Of a stretch of DNA of 64,000 nucleotides, positions 47,788-58,678 are shown piece after piece (position 1 is the first letter of the stretch; each line of letters starts with the position of its first letter). Origin of the DNA: a virus (lineage: Duplodnaviria > Caudoviricetes); the IMG/VR virus record IMGVR_UViG_3300021387_001774, positions 128,001 to 192,000 of that record; one strand, written 5' to 3'. The notes below the pieces were generated by a model. It made no database searches and was not told the DNA's origin. It saw only the letters and a program-made list of their open reading frames with translations. The translations under genes were made by a program, and so were the position numbers.

Positions 47788-49731
47788 CTAAGCAATTACC
47801 TGCATAACTGTTTTAAACACTTCGATGTTAATTAACGTAGAAGTATCATCAACCTCAGTAACAAACTTAGCAAATATGAAGTTACCAGTTCTATTATTGT
47901 TAAGTAATTCATTAACAACATCGTCTTTGTATACATTAACTGTAACTTGAGATGCTGTTGTATTAATCTGTGTTAATGGTGAAATAGGAGTAAATGTTGC
48001 ATCCTTAACCATAAACAACTGTACTTTAGAAGGTTTAACAAGAATACCATTGATCATTCTAGCATACTGGTCTCTAATATAGATTCCTTCTGCATTAAGA
48101 CCCAATGTGATTGTCTTAGAAGCAATAGCATCTTCATACTTAATAGTAGCAAGATTACATTTATTAACAGTATTGTTATTCCATGCATATGTAAATGCAA
48201 GAGAACTAAATAGTCCATCTGTTTCATAACCAAATTGTCTGTAGTTTGTAATAGGCTGTACAAACAATCCTGTTCCAGCACCAGAACCGAACTTAGCAGT
48301 GAATCTAAGGTCTTGAAGAATACCATTAGATCTAACTTGGAAGTTGAACTCTGTATCTTGTGCTTGAATATTTTGTGTATATGTAAAGATAACACACTGT
48401 TGATAAGGATCGTATGTAACAGGACAAGCTGTGAAATCAACAAGAGTCTTTTCATCACCACTTGACTGCACAACTTTCTTACTATCATAGAATGCTTTAG
48501 AAGCATTTGTGATAATACCATCAGAGCTCATTGTGAATACTTTAAGCTTGTATACAACAACTTCAGAACCAATAGAAACGTTAAGATCTGTAACATTATC
48601 AGTCCAAATAACAGGAAGAACCTTATAAAGTTTAGTATAGTTATTTTCCATAACCTGGAACTCTATAGTTTCTTCAATCTTTGAACCAGTTGGATTACCG
48701 TCCGAATCTACTGTTGACCAATAAGTAAATGTTACTGGGAAACGATCGCCTACTGCAGCTCCAGTAGTATTTACATCCCAGCCTTCTCTAGTCAATACAG
48801 GTGTATCGAGTTTATCTGTAATAAGTTTTTCAATACCGTCATCATATACAGCAATAACAGCAAATGAAGTTGTCTTAGATAAATCTTCACCAGCATAAAT
48901 ACCATATACTTTAGAATCAGTATTAGCTGTAATATTATTCTTGAATACAGTAATCTTGAGTTTAACAACTCTAGCTGATGGCAATTGTGTGGCTGTATCA
49001 ACCATAGCTTGAACAGCTTGGAATTGCTTTGTATCAATCAATTCACCATCACTATTGAAGAATTCGACCACATAGAACTCACCATTTATCAATGAAGAAT
49101 ACTGAGCGTCATCAGGATTTGAATCTTCGAAAATCTTAGCTGTACCCATTCTTGTATATCTTGTACCATTGACTGCATCGTTCACAATATGCATACCAAT
49201 CTTAACATCAAGAAGAGTACCATCCTGAACCACCCCTGCAACATATACTTTTTGGTTATTTGTATTCAGAGTTTGTCTACTAATAGTATAATAACTGTAA
49301 TTTGTTGGGAATACTAATGCTGAATTTGGGAATAAAGTTTTTCTACCAATATCATAATAGAACTTATAAGTCTGACCATTATTATAAGCAGACATCAACT
49401 GATTCAAAACACCACGTGTTTCATAATACTTAAGAAGATCTGCTACTTGTTTTGTTTGAGAAGTATAAGTATATTTGATTTCTCCACTAATTGGATCTTT
49501 AGTGATATCTGCTACATAAATATTTCTATCATCGTCGTAGAACTGTTCACCCTGATATGGTGCCAGCAAGTTTGCATTAAGTTCTGCTCTTTCAGATTCA
49601 TCAAGATCTTTTATATATGGATTATCTTTCATTAAACGAATATTGATTATATTCGCAGCAAAGCGACCTTTATAACCATTCTTTGCTACTGAAGCATACG
49701 CTTGTCTTTCAGGACTTGTATCTTCTGCCAT
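47788..49731 (-). CDS. Probable virion structural (baseplate/tail-associated) protein
   Basis: 647 aa, Thr/Val-rich beta-sandwich-like composition (FAVIAVYDDG Ig-like motif); AGGAG SD. Confidence 0.6.
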   Translation of the reverse strand: MAEDTSPERQAYASVAKNGYKGRFAANIINIRLMKDNPYIKDLDESERAELNANLLAPYQGEQFYDDDRNIYVADITKDPISGEIKYTYTSQTKQVADLLKYYETRGVLNQLMSAYNNGQTYKFYYDIGRKTLFPNSALVFPTNYSYYTISRQTLNTNNQKVYVAGVVQDGTLLDVKIGMHIVNDAVNGTRYTRMGTAKIFEDSNPDDAQYSSLINGEFYVVEFFNSDGELIDTKQFQAVQAMVDTATQLPSARVVKLKITVFKNNITANTDSKVYGIYAGEDLSKTTSFAVIAVYDDGIEKLITDKLDTPVLTREGWDVNTTGAAVGDRFPVTFTYWSTVDSDGNPTGSKIEETIEFQVMENNYTKLYKVLPVIWTDNVTDLNVSIGSEVVVYKLKVFTMSSDGIITNASKAFYDSKKVVQSSGDEKTLVDFTACPVTYDPYQQCVIFTYTQNIQAQDTEFNFQVRSNGILQDLRFTAKFGSGAGTGLFVQPITNYRQFGYETDGLFSSLAFTYAWNNNTVNKCNLATIKYEDAIASKTITLGLNAEGIYIRDQYARMINGILVKPSKVQLFMVKDATFTPISPLTQINTTASQVTVNVYKDDVVNELLNNNRTGNFIFAKFVTEVDDTSTLINIEVFKTVMQVIA

Positions 49732-49752
49732 AATTCTAAAATCTCCTATATA

Positions 49753-52700
49753 TTAATTATTACGTGACCGTATTGCTTGCTCAGCAAGTATTGCGGCTTG
49801 TAAATCGGGGTTTTCTGAATCAGGTGTAGTGTAATTACATACATCGACATCTGAACCTGTCCACATAACACCATTTCTATCTGGTGCTAATGGGAAATCT
49901 TCTGGATAAAGAATATTAGATAATCTATTGTTACACATTTCGATAACAGTATTATCCAATCTCGTTTCTTCATCGAATTGCTTAATATCTTCCTCAGAAT
50001 TACGTTTTTCTAAGATTTGAATAAGCATTTCGAAAAGCATACGTCTTCTTTCTCCAAAATTCATTGCTGGATAAACTATTTTAATTTTTTCTGTATCCCA
50101 ATCAACTTCATATGGTGGATTATTTACATCAGGTTTCAAACCGTCATAGAATCTTCCAGAATCAACAACAATATCAATTCTATTACCAATGATTACGTTT
50201 TCAAATACAGAGAAATAATTAAGAACTTGGGGATCAATATCTTGACCTTTAAATCCATAAGTTCTAGTTTTTCCAGACTTTGCTAACCAGTTGAGATACA
50301 TTATCTCTAGTGTATCTGTTAAATATGTATTTGTCTCTTCTTCAGCTAATGGATTTTCAGCTTGCTTTACAGAGTCAACATCGATAACAAAACCGTGATT
50401 ATCTCTATAAATATTGAAGAAGTTTCTAGCTTTTTCCCATGCTTCATACCTAAGCTCAATATCATCCAACGATGAATCTGGAGCAGGTATAGAAAGTTCA
50501 TAAGAAGAAGTCTTATCATATTCATAACCGTGTTCTTTAATATAATCTACATATTCTTTATAATATGGATTATCATAATCTTTACCCAAATCTCCAACGA
50601 AATCAGAATAATATGGGTCAACTTTATATACATAATCAATATTTGGTTTATTTCCATCAACATGTTTTGAAGGATCACAATTCCAGAAAATACTTTCAAG
50701 AAGTTTTTCAAATGGACTTGGTTCATAAAGATCTATATATTCTTTAAGTTCGATATCCTTATAAATACTATTTGTAGTAATAAGAATAGAACGTATAGGT
50801 CTTGTAATATTATGTACTCTTATAAGTTTATCAGAAAGAATATCTACGTCATATTCAGACATTTTTAATCCATTGACATAAATATTCATGTATTCTGTTG
50901 ATACAGGATATGGTAATTCAGAAAGATATACTAAACCAAATCTATTATCAATCTCCAAGTCATCATAACCTACGATAAGAATATTTGTTTTATTAGAATT
51001 GAACTGTACAACGATTTCATCATTATGAGCAGTTTGATTCTTGAATATTACATATGAAGTAGATAACTGGGGATTTTTCTCAGGATTCATGAATGTATAA
51101 TCTTTACCAAATATTAATTCTTTTTTATTCTTTGTAATAATAGGTTCTGAGTTATTTATATATGGAATATAATCATCCACAAAGTCTACAACTCTTTCAC
51201 CTAATTCATTAGTTTTATATGCTGTATAAGAGTTGTAAATAGGAATAAGAAGATCATTCTCTTCCATGTATGAGCCATCAGTATTATCAAAACGAATACT
51301 TTCACTTACGTTATATTGTTTTGCTAATAGATAGAAATTACCATTAGTTCTTCTAGCATCATATTCATGCAATTGAATTTCTATACTAAGTTCAGTTTCT
51401 GTCTTAGAAACAACTCTAAAATGTTTAACCATTCTCCATCCATATTTTTCTGGACCTGGATAAATATAATAGAATTCTTCGTTTCTAGAATCATACCAAT
51501 CTTTAGCTACTTTTTCAATAGCACAAATATCATCAGAAACTAAACCTTTTTCAAATGGTAAGTCGTCTATATTATACGTTTTCTTATATACGTATTCACC
51601 TTGTCTATTTATCTCTTGTGTAAATCCATTATTGATATTCTCTCTATAAATGGTTTTCTCTTTATAAGAGAGATCAAACTGGAACATTTCAACAATATTT
51701 ATACCAGACTTATATCCTGTTCCTTCATCATTTTCAACTAATGGAAGTAAAGCATCTTTACTAATAGTAATATAATCAAAATCGTTCTCACGTACTATAG
51801 TAACATATTTAGAATCAAGTATTTCATGATTCAAATATATTTTATAATAAACATTTTGTTCAGGATCAGTAATTTTAGAAATAGAACTCACGTTTATATC
51901 TTGAGTATTACCCATTACAATAAAGCGTTTACTCTTATTGCTGAATTGCTCTAGCAAACGTCTAAGCAAAGATGGTCTTTCAGAAATAAGCATCTTAGCT
52001 CTTTCTGAAGGAGACGAAGTATTGAATGCGAGATTATCATACTTTTTGATAGCTTTCTCTACATCAAATAATTCACCATTCTTAGAAAGCACATCTTTAA
52101 AAGATATATTGTATAAAGGATTATCAAAAACTGAATATGAAAGACTACCCTTCATCTTATCAACACATCTTTTTACACCAAGCATATTTAAAAGATAATA
52201 ATCATCTCCATAAGTTTTAAAACCGAGTTCATCTACTTTAAAACCTATATCTTCGATAAAGAAATCAATTTTAGTTTCATCGAAGGATTCAGCTACTTCT
52301 TTAGTATAATAAATAACATTTTCTTCGAAAGCATTCAAATGACCTAAACGTACATATTCATTATTAAGATTCTTTGTATAATAAATTTTATTTTGTGCAG
52401 GTGGTACACCAACTCTATGAGTAACCTTAACATATTTTTCTGTATCTACAGTATATTCAAAACTGTATCTGGATGTTTGAGTAATCTTTGTATCATCGAT
52501 TCTCTTTCCGTCATAAAAAAATGATACAGCAGATTTAGTTATAGGTCCACCAATAATATCAACAAAATAATTATCGTTCAAATAAAAATGAACTCTAGAT
52601 CCATTATTATTCATTACTGATTCATCAAATTTATGTCTATGAACTATATCTCCAAGAATATACAATTCAACATCGGAACCAATACAACTAGTAGGAAGTT

Positions 52701-53565
52701 GAAGTGTTAACATATCTTCGGTAAGTTCCATTTCGTTAACTTTTTCGAGATATCCATTAACGAACAAAACTATTTTATCAAGAGATATTTCTTTTCTACT
52801 ACTTTTATTATATTGGAATTTTGAATCAGAAAGATCTATTACATATTCATTTTCTGTTGGACTAAATCTATCATAAAAAAGTTCAGATCCAGCTTGACGA
52901 TAATCAATATTGATTACATCATCAATCATTGATTTTTTATCATGAATACTTCCACCCAAATATTTCTCTGGAATAAATACATCAGTAAATGATTTATTAG
53001 CATAAACAAATATTTCGTTATCTGGAATTTTTTTACCATTTATATAGAGAAATAATGAGTCAAGTTCATATATCTGAAGCTTATCGTTTCTTTGTAAAGG
53101 AAATGAATTATATGTATTCTCTATAAGAGATTTCTCTTCTTTAAAAGAATAAACTTCTTTATTTCCTTCTATTCTAGGTGTATTTAACTCATAAATAGAT
53201 TCAACGTTAGTTTTATCTATATATGTATCCTTAATATGTGCAGAATTACGAAAATTTAAAACTGCATTAGTTTTAAATTTAAAATAAGGAATTGGAGTAG
53301 AAATTACACCTGTATTGTCAGTATTTCTTTCGGTATCTGTAAAAAAATTAGACATATCGATAAATAGTCCATCATTTAAGATACCTTTATTTTTATTGAA
53401 TAAGTCTAACTGGGATTGAAAATCATTTCTTGTTTCTCCAGTTTTTATGTATTCTTGTCTTATATCATATGTATTATTTGCATCTGATACTCTCGTCATT
53501 GCTTGATATGAAGGATCATTGTTTCGGAGTAAGATGTAGTTATTTTCATCTAAAATTACACTCAT
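49753..53565 (-). CDS. Large probable virion structural protein
   Basis: ~1270 aa from ATG 53565 (GGAG SD); repeated LYINGKKI/LFVNGY/FFYDGKRI/IYVNGLK beta motifs typical of large tail/baseplate proteins. Confidence 0.65.
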   Translation of the reverse strand: MSVILDENNYILLRNNDPSYQAMTRVSDANNTYDIRQEYIKTGETRNDFQSQLDLFNKNKGILNDGLFIDMSNFFTDTERNTDNTGVISTPIPYFKFKTNAVLNFRNSAHIKDTYIDKTNVESIYELNTPRIEGNKEVYSFKEEKSLIENTYNSFPLQRNDKLQIYELDSLFLYINGKKIPDNEIFVYANKSFTDVFIPEKYLGGSIHDKKSMIDDVINIDYRQAGSELFYDRFSPTENEYVIDLSDSKFQYNKSSRKEISLDKIVLFVNGYLEKVNEMELTEDMLTLQLPTSCIGSDVELYILGDIVHRHKFDESVMNNNGSRVHFYLNDNYFVDIIGGPITKSAVSFFYDGKRIDDTKITQTSRYSFEYTVDTEKYVKVTHRVGVPPAQNKIYYTKNLNNEYVRLGHLNAFEENVIYYTKEVAESFDETKIDFFIEDIGFKVDELGFKTYGDDYYLLNMLGVKRCVDKMKGSLSYSVFDNPLYNISFKDVLSKNGELFDVEKAIKKYDNLAFNTSSPSERAKMLISERPSLLRRLLEQFSNKSKRFIVMGNTQDINVSSISKITDPEQNVYYKIYLNHEILDSKYVTIVRENDFDYITISKDALLPLVENDEGTGYKSGINIVEMFQFDLSYKEKTIYRENINNGFTQEINRQGEYVYKKTYNIDDLPFEKGLVSDDICAIEKVAKDWYDSRNEEFYYIYPGPEKYGWRMVKHFRVVSKTETELSIEIQLHEYDARRTNGNFYLLAKQYNVSESIRFDNTDGSYMEENDLLIPIYNSYTAYKTNELGERVVDFVDDYIPYINNSEPIITKNKKELIFGKDYTFMNPEKNPQLSTSYVIFKNQTAHNDEIVVQFNSNKTNILIVGYDDLEIDNRFGLVYLSELPYPVSTEYMNIYVNGLKMSEYDVDILSDKLIRVHNITRPIRSILITTNSIYKDIELKEYIDLYEPSPFEKLLESIFWNCDPSKHVDGNKPNIDYVYKVDPYYSDFVGDLGKDYDNPYYKEYVDYIKEHGYEYDKTSSYELSIPAPDSSLDDIELRYEAWEKARNFFNIYRDNHGFVIDVDSVKQAENPLAEEETNTYLTDTLEIMYLNWLAKSGKTRTYGFKGQDIDPQVLNYFSVFENVIIGNRIDIVVDSGRFYDGLKPDVNNPPYEVDWDTEKIKIVYPAMNFGERRRMLFEMLIQILEKRNSEEDIKQFDEETRLDNTVIEMCNNRLSNILYPEDFPLAPDRNGVMWTGSDVDVCNYTTPDSENPDLQAAILAEQAIRSRNN

Positions 53566-53656
53566 AATTGCTCCATATATAGATAAAAGTATATAGTTTT
53601 GTCGATAAAGCAAAAAATATAGAAACTGTGGATTTACCACAGTTTCTATTATTTGT

Positions 53657-55138
53657 TTAGTATGATATAAAGAAATCTCTGAATGAATTGCTCTTGTTTA
53701 TCAATAATTCATTAGAAATACTAGTAGGACTATTTATTCTTTCTCTAATATCCTTAATAACATCGAAATTTATTTCATTGAATCCATTAGAATAAAGTTT
53801 TTCATATACATAATTAGAAATTATATTTGTTATTTCAATAAACTGTTTAATAATTTTAATAATTAATGAATATACTTTATTAATAAAGAATTCTGTGTCA
53901 TTTATTAATGTATCAGCATTTTCACCGTATTTATCAATAAATGATTTTAATAATTCTGTTGTAGAAGGTCTTTCTTTTATATAACTTATAGTTTCTTTTA
54001 TAGAATAAATAAATTCACCCTTATTTATAAAACGTAATGAATCAAGATATTGTTGAATCTTATATCTAATTTCATCATAAACACAAGTGATTAATCTGTT
54101 ATCTTTTAGTCCGTTTGTCAAATACTTGTCAAGATAATTATCAATAGCTACACATAAATCGCCATGATCAGAATTTATGAGTTCATTATATTTATAAAGT
54201 CTATCAACATCAATAAATGTATCAATATTCTTATATTCTGAAACTCTACTCATTTCACGAATGATATCAAATATATAGTTGAATTTATCCAAAACTTGAT
54301 TATATTTTGTATAAGATTCATCTATTGTGTCATCAAGTAATAAACTTGGATTCTTAAAAATAGATACTTTTCCTTCACACGCATCGATGGTATATTTAGT
54401 AATTTTATGAGAATATTTCATTAATGATATAGCATTTGAAAAATGGAATCCACATACTGCGGAATATGTTTCTCTAACACAATTATTCTTTTTATCAATC
54501 ATTAAACTTTCATATTTATTTAAGAAAATTGTTTTTATAATTTTTGTTAGCCTTAAAAGTACAAGATATTTTTCAAAGAATTTATTTAATCTTATTCTTA
54601 TATCATGTAATGTCGTTTTAATACATTCTGTATTTTCTTTAAAAATTTCAATAATTAAATATTTATCAGTCTTAGAAATGTATTTATAAATACTTGGTAA
54701 TAAATTTCTAATTTCTTTGTGTTCTTGTTGAATAAAACGGTTGAATGCAATATTGAATGAATCTTCCAAAGGATTTTCTCTATAAAAATCAATATTATAT
54801 CCTTGTATTTTATTAAGTGTATTTGTAACTATTGGATAAAGATATTGATCTCTAAATATTTTCCATAAACGTTTAGAAATAGTTTTATACATTTTATGAT
54901 AAATAGTATTATCATAATATTTAATATAATATTTATATCCATTATTATCGACAAATTCTTCATCGGAATCAATTAAAAATGAACTATGAATTTTAAAACG
55001 AAGCATTCGTTTAAATATTTCAAATTTAGATATAACTGGCTCGAACCGAGTTTTCTCTAAATATTTTTCCAATTCTACGGTATTACAAATCTTTTCAAAT
55101 ACATATTTAGTTTCATCAAAACCATTTATGTTTTCCAT
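53657..55138 (-). CDS. Hypothetical helical protein, very AT-rich
   Basis: 493 aa; GGAGG SD. Confidence 0.65.
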   Translation of the reverse strand: MENINGFDETKYVFEKICNTVELEKYLEKTRFEPVISKFEIFKRMLRFKIHSSFLIDSDEEFVDNNGYKYYIKYYDNTIYHKMYKTISKRLWKIFRDQYLYPIVTNTLNKIQGYNIDFYRENPLEDSFNIAFNRFIQQEHKEIRNLLPSIYKYISKTDKYLIIEIFKENTECIKTTLHDIRIRLNKFFEKYLVLLRLTKIIKTIFLNKYESLMIDKKNNCVRETYSAVCGFHFSNAISLMKYSHKITKYTIDACEGKVSIFKNPSLLLDDTIDESYTKYNQVLDKFNYIFDIIREMSRVSEYKNIDTFIDVDRLYKYNELINSDHGDLCVAIDNYLDKYLTNGLKDNRLITCVYDEIRYKIQQYLDSLRFINKGEFIYSIKETISYIKERPSTTELLKSFIDKYGENADTLINDTEFFINKVYSLIIKIIKQFIEITNIISNYVYEKLYSNGFNEINFDVIKDIRERINSPTSISNELLINKSNSFRDFFISY

Positions 55139-55139
55139 G

Positions 55140-56348
55140 TTATTTTACCTCCAAAGTTGTGATGTTAATTCCTTCATCCATATAGAAAATATATAATGGA
55201 TCATATCTTATGATATCTCTAAAGTGCCTACTAATATTATAATTATAAAATCTAGAGATTTGATCATTGATTTGATTATGATATTCTTCTAATGAATTCA
55301 ACAAATCGCTGTTTATTATTAAATCATAGAATTGTGTTTTATTTATTTCAAAATCTTGCGTATGTGATGGATTTAATTTTGTCATTTTATCTGAAAGAAG
55401 TTTTAACATAAGTTTATTATTAGAGATAGTTTTCATTAGAGAATTATCAAATATATAATTTACAGCAACTTTATGGTTTTCTATTGTATCGAAATTATTC
55501 TTTATAGAATTTAATTTGTTTAAAACCGCAGTAATTTCTTTATTATTATAATTCAATATTTTCGAATTTGAAACTATTGACATTTCACAATCTTTTACGA
55601 TATCCTTTAATATATCATATCTATTATAATTATCTATAATGCAATATACTGCTGCAATTAAAATATTTATCATAACTTCTTTAAAAATTATTTTCAAGAA
55701 ATTATTATTATATTCATTCATATCTAAACAATCGTAATGCTTAACATGATTAAGCATATTATTCTCTACAAATACATCAGATAACGTAAATACTTTAAAT
55801 TTATCAAACATGAATGAACCATGAAATTTTATTTTAGAATTACATTCTTTAAAACAACCATATAAAGAATATTTCATTAAATTATAATAATTTTTAGAAC
55901 GTAAATAAGAAATCAACCCAGTAATAATAGGATCTATTAAACTAGCAAGATCTATATGATTAGTTACATTTTCCTTAACAAATTTTTTATTTACTTCGAG
56001 ATAATCAACAATAAAATCATTATAAACAGAATCACAAAATTTCATATCAGAAAATAAATATTTAGACATCACATTAGTGATTATTAATAAATGAGCACGA
56101 ATAAATTTATCATATTCTACAGTATATTCTTTATTTTTCTTTTTAATAAGTGAATCGTAGTCACATATTCTATCAAAATCTAGCATACGTTTATATTCAT
56201 CTTTTTCATAGGGATTACAAAACCTTTTAGTATTTTTAATGTATTTATTTCTAGATTTTTTCATATTTGTATAAATTACATGCAACAAAAACTCTCTACT
56301 ATATTCATCAGATTTAAAAAAAGTTTTTAGATATTCTACTTCGTCCAT
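55140..56348 (-). CDS. Hypothetical helical protein, very AT-rich
   Basis: Start moved to ATG 56348 (AGGAGG SD). Confidence 0.65.
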   Translation of the reverse strand: MDEVEYLKTFFKSDEYSREFLLHVIYTNMKKSRNKYIKNTKRFCNPYEKDEYKRMLDFDRICDYDSLIKKKNKEYTVEYDKFIRAHLLIITNVMSKYLFSDMKFCDSVYNDFIVDYLEVNKKFVKENVTNHIDLASLIDPIITGLISYLRSKNYYNLMKYSLYGCFKECNSKIKFHGSFMFDKFKVFTLSDVFVENNMLNHVKHYDCLDMNEYNNNFLKIIFKEVMINILIAAVYCIIDNYNRYDILKDIVKDCEMSIVSNSKILNYNNKEITAVLNKLNSIKNNFDTIENHKVAVNYIFDNSLMKTISNNKLMLKLLSDKMTKLNPSHTQDFEINKTQFYDLIINSDLLNSLEEYHNQINDQISRFYNYNISRHFRDIIRYDPLYIFYMDEGINITTLEVK

Positions 56349-56408
56349 AGTATTCCTCCTCTTAAGATTAAAATAGTCCATGTGTTTATAAACACATGGA
56401 CTTTGTTT

Positions 56409-57113
56409 TTAAAGAACGATGTCCATTAAGTTAAAACTTGCTAGTTTTGAGTTCTTACCAAAATACTTATTTGCTGCAGAAAGAACATCGGCTTTCATAG
56501 CACGAATTCTCTTACATACAAGTTTTCCATATTCTGGTGAGAGCTTATCGTTTTCTACATAAGATTTTCCATTCTCTTCAGTAGGCATAATATCTTCTGT
56601 CCAAACAGAACTATTTGTACCAGAATAGATATCAAGCATAGCTTTAAGAGAAATCTTTTCAAATCTCTCATCTTTCTGTGCTTCAAGTCTATATGTATAC
56701 TGAATAAAATTAATTATATCATCACACTTTCTAATAAACGATTTAATATTGCGAAGCATAGTATCAATTGTCATATTATCAAGCAAAGAATAAACGTATT
56801 CCTTATCGTATTCACATGAAAACATTTCTCTGAATTCGTCAATCATCATCCCATAAATTTCAACAAGTGGTTTACTTTCGATATCAATCTTTCTGAACTG
56901 TGCATACTTAATAATACAATCATAAAGTTCATTAGCTGTAGTAGAAATTTCATAACGCATCAAAGAACAAATTTCTTTAATACCATTATTAGTATATGCT
57001 GCCTTTTTAATCTTTGCTGAGAGATCGCGTCCACACATAGTCATAGATTTACCATAACTATACTTCACATCTTCATACAGATTTTTAAGAAAGAACTTAT
57101 CTGCGAAATCCAT
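56409..57113 (-). CDS. Hypothetical protein translationally coupled to RNAP beta'
   Basis: 234 aa; TAATG overlap with the beta' stop. Confidence 0.7.
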   Translation of the reverse strand: MDFADKFFLKNLYEDVKYSYGKSMTMCGRDLSAKIKKAAYTNNGIKEICSLMRYEISTTANELYDCIIKYAQFRKIDIESKPLVEIYGMMIDEFREMFSCEYDKEYVYSLLDNMTIDTMLRNIKSFIRKCDDIINFIQYTYRLEAQKDERFEKISLKAMLDIYSGTNSSVWTEDIMPTEENGKSYVENDKLSPEYGKLVCKRIRAMKADVLSAANKYFGKNSKLASFNLMDIVL

Positions 57114-58600
57114 TATTCTTTATCTCCTTTGATTTCATTACTCTCGTCTGGCACAAATGCAAACAAGAACATCATCAGATCTTTTGGTAATCCGAAGTCT
57201 GAGTTATAGACTTTATATCCAGAAGTTTTATTAACTATAAGACTTCTAGGATTAAATCCACGATTAAATGCGTCTGCGACACATTTTTCTTTAATACTAT
57301 AGACACTCAATGTATCACCATCAAAGTCAGCATTCCATGCAATAAGAGATGTCAATGGAACCTCCATATGATATTCTCTTGCATTTGGTAATACATCTAC
57401 GACTCTAAGCATCTGTAAAGAACCGAGATCCATCGTCGGTGGTCTATTTACTAAACAATACATTCCGTCTTTATGATTCTCTATCAACCATTTCATAACA
57501 GAATAGATTGCAGGATGTACTCTATTAGAATACTTTTCTACATCTAACCACTCTGCTATTTCGTATAGAGTTTTATCAACAAAGTAATTTGTTGCAACTC
57601 CACGTTTCAAACAATTCATTATTTCATAAATATATAATTCTAAGAAAGCTTTATACGAAATTACTAATCCATCAATATTAAAATTACTTGAAGTCAAAGC
57701 TGTAATAACCATACGTGATGACCAAGAAACTTTAGTTCCTTGAATCTTGCGCCTAGGTAATTTCTTTTTACCATCAAGTTTTTGAAGTATCAAACAATAA
57801 AGTTTAAACAATTCTGACTGAATAGTAAACAAATATTTATTAATATTCATATACTGATCTGTAATTTCTGCTTTCGCTATAAGTGATGCATTATTAATAA
57901 TAATTGAATAAGCTGTATTTATTCCATCGAATCTAAATTTCTTTTCAACAGAGTTTACGAATGCTGGTCTTAGTTCCTGTGCTAATACATTTATCTTAGA
58001 AGTCCATATTCTATTCTTGTATTTAATCAAGAACTCTGCATCTTCCATTTTACGTTTTTGCTTACCATAGAATCTAATTATTTCATCAAACCTTTTATAG
58101 AATTCAGTCATGCCTATTTTCATAAAAGGATGTTTCTTATTCACTTCCGACGATCCAATAACAATATTTCCTTGTAAGTCAATATTATCATTAAAATCAA
58201 TGATATCGTTAAGATTTGATTCACCAATTAAATCTTTAATCTTAGCAAATGCTGCTGGTTGAAGTATCTTATGTGAACCGAGAGTTATCCAACCATTTCT
58301 ATTAAATGATACAGCATAATTATTTTTTACTATCTGATGACATATAGGACATTCCATCCCTTCATATACTCTACCTACAAGATAACGACATGAAGTAGAA
58401 CAAGAATATTCACTTACATCAATATCATCTTCAATAAGACTTCCAATTTTACTAGAATAAATTCCACCTTCTTGAGGAACGATCTTTTTCTTTGTGTACT
58501 TTACACCCTCTTTATTAAAGAGGTTTACTGCTTCTCCTTTTAATACCTGATCATAATGTATTAGTTCTTGATTTTGATAACGTAAAATCTTTGTTCCCAT
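57113..58600 (-). CDS. Phage multisubunit RNA polymerase beta' subunit, N-terminal half with catalytic motif (non-virion type)
   Basis: GGIYS, zinc site CSTSC..CPIC, LRP, SSRMVI, NRPPT and WNADFDGDTL. Confidence 0.93.
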   Translation of the reverse strand: MGTKILRYQNQELIHYDQVLKGEAVNLFNKEGVKYTKKKIVPQEGGIYSSKIGSLIEDDIDVSEYSCSTSCRYLVGRVYEGMECPICHQIVKNNYAVSFNRNGWITLGSHKILQPAAFAKIKDLIGESNLNDIIDFNDNIDLQGNIVIGSSEVNKKHPFMKIGMTEFYKRFDEIIRFYGKQKRKMEDAEFLIKYKNRIWTSKINVLAQELRPAFVNSVEKKFRFDGINTAYSIIINNASLIAKAEITDQYMNINKYLFTIQSELFKLYCLILQKLDGKKKLPRRKIQGTKVSWSSRMVITALTSSNFNIDGLVISYKAFLELYIYEIMNCLKRGVATNYFVDKTLYEIAEWLDVEKYSNRVHPAIYSVMKWLIENHKDGMYCLVNRPPTMDLGSLQMLRVVDVLPNAREYHMEVPLTSLIAWNADFDGDTLSVYSIKEKCVADAFNRGFNPRSLIVNKTSGYKVYNSDFGLPKDLMMFLFAFVPDESNEIKGDKE

Positions 58601-58628
58601 ACTGGCTGATCTCCTAAAGAAAAATTAA

Positions 58629-58662
58629 AAAAGTAAATGCTATTTTACTAGCATTTACTTTT
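58629..58662 (-). terminator. Intrinsic terminator
   Basis: AAAAGTAAATGCTA/TAGCATTTACTTTT inverted repeat. Confidence 0.7.
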
Positions 58663-58678
58663 ATCTCTCTACATATTA

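Noticed and set aside
4315-58600. Group I introns or inteins in RNAP, polymerase, gyrase or RecA genes
   Set aside because: Each is one uninterrupted ORF and no intein splice motifs were seen; the splitting of RNAP subunits is normal for this phage group
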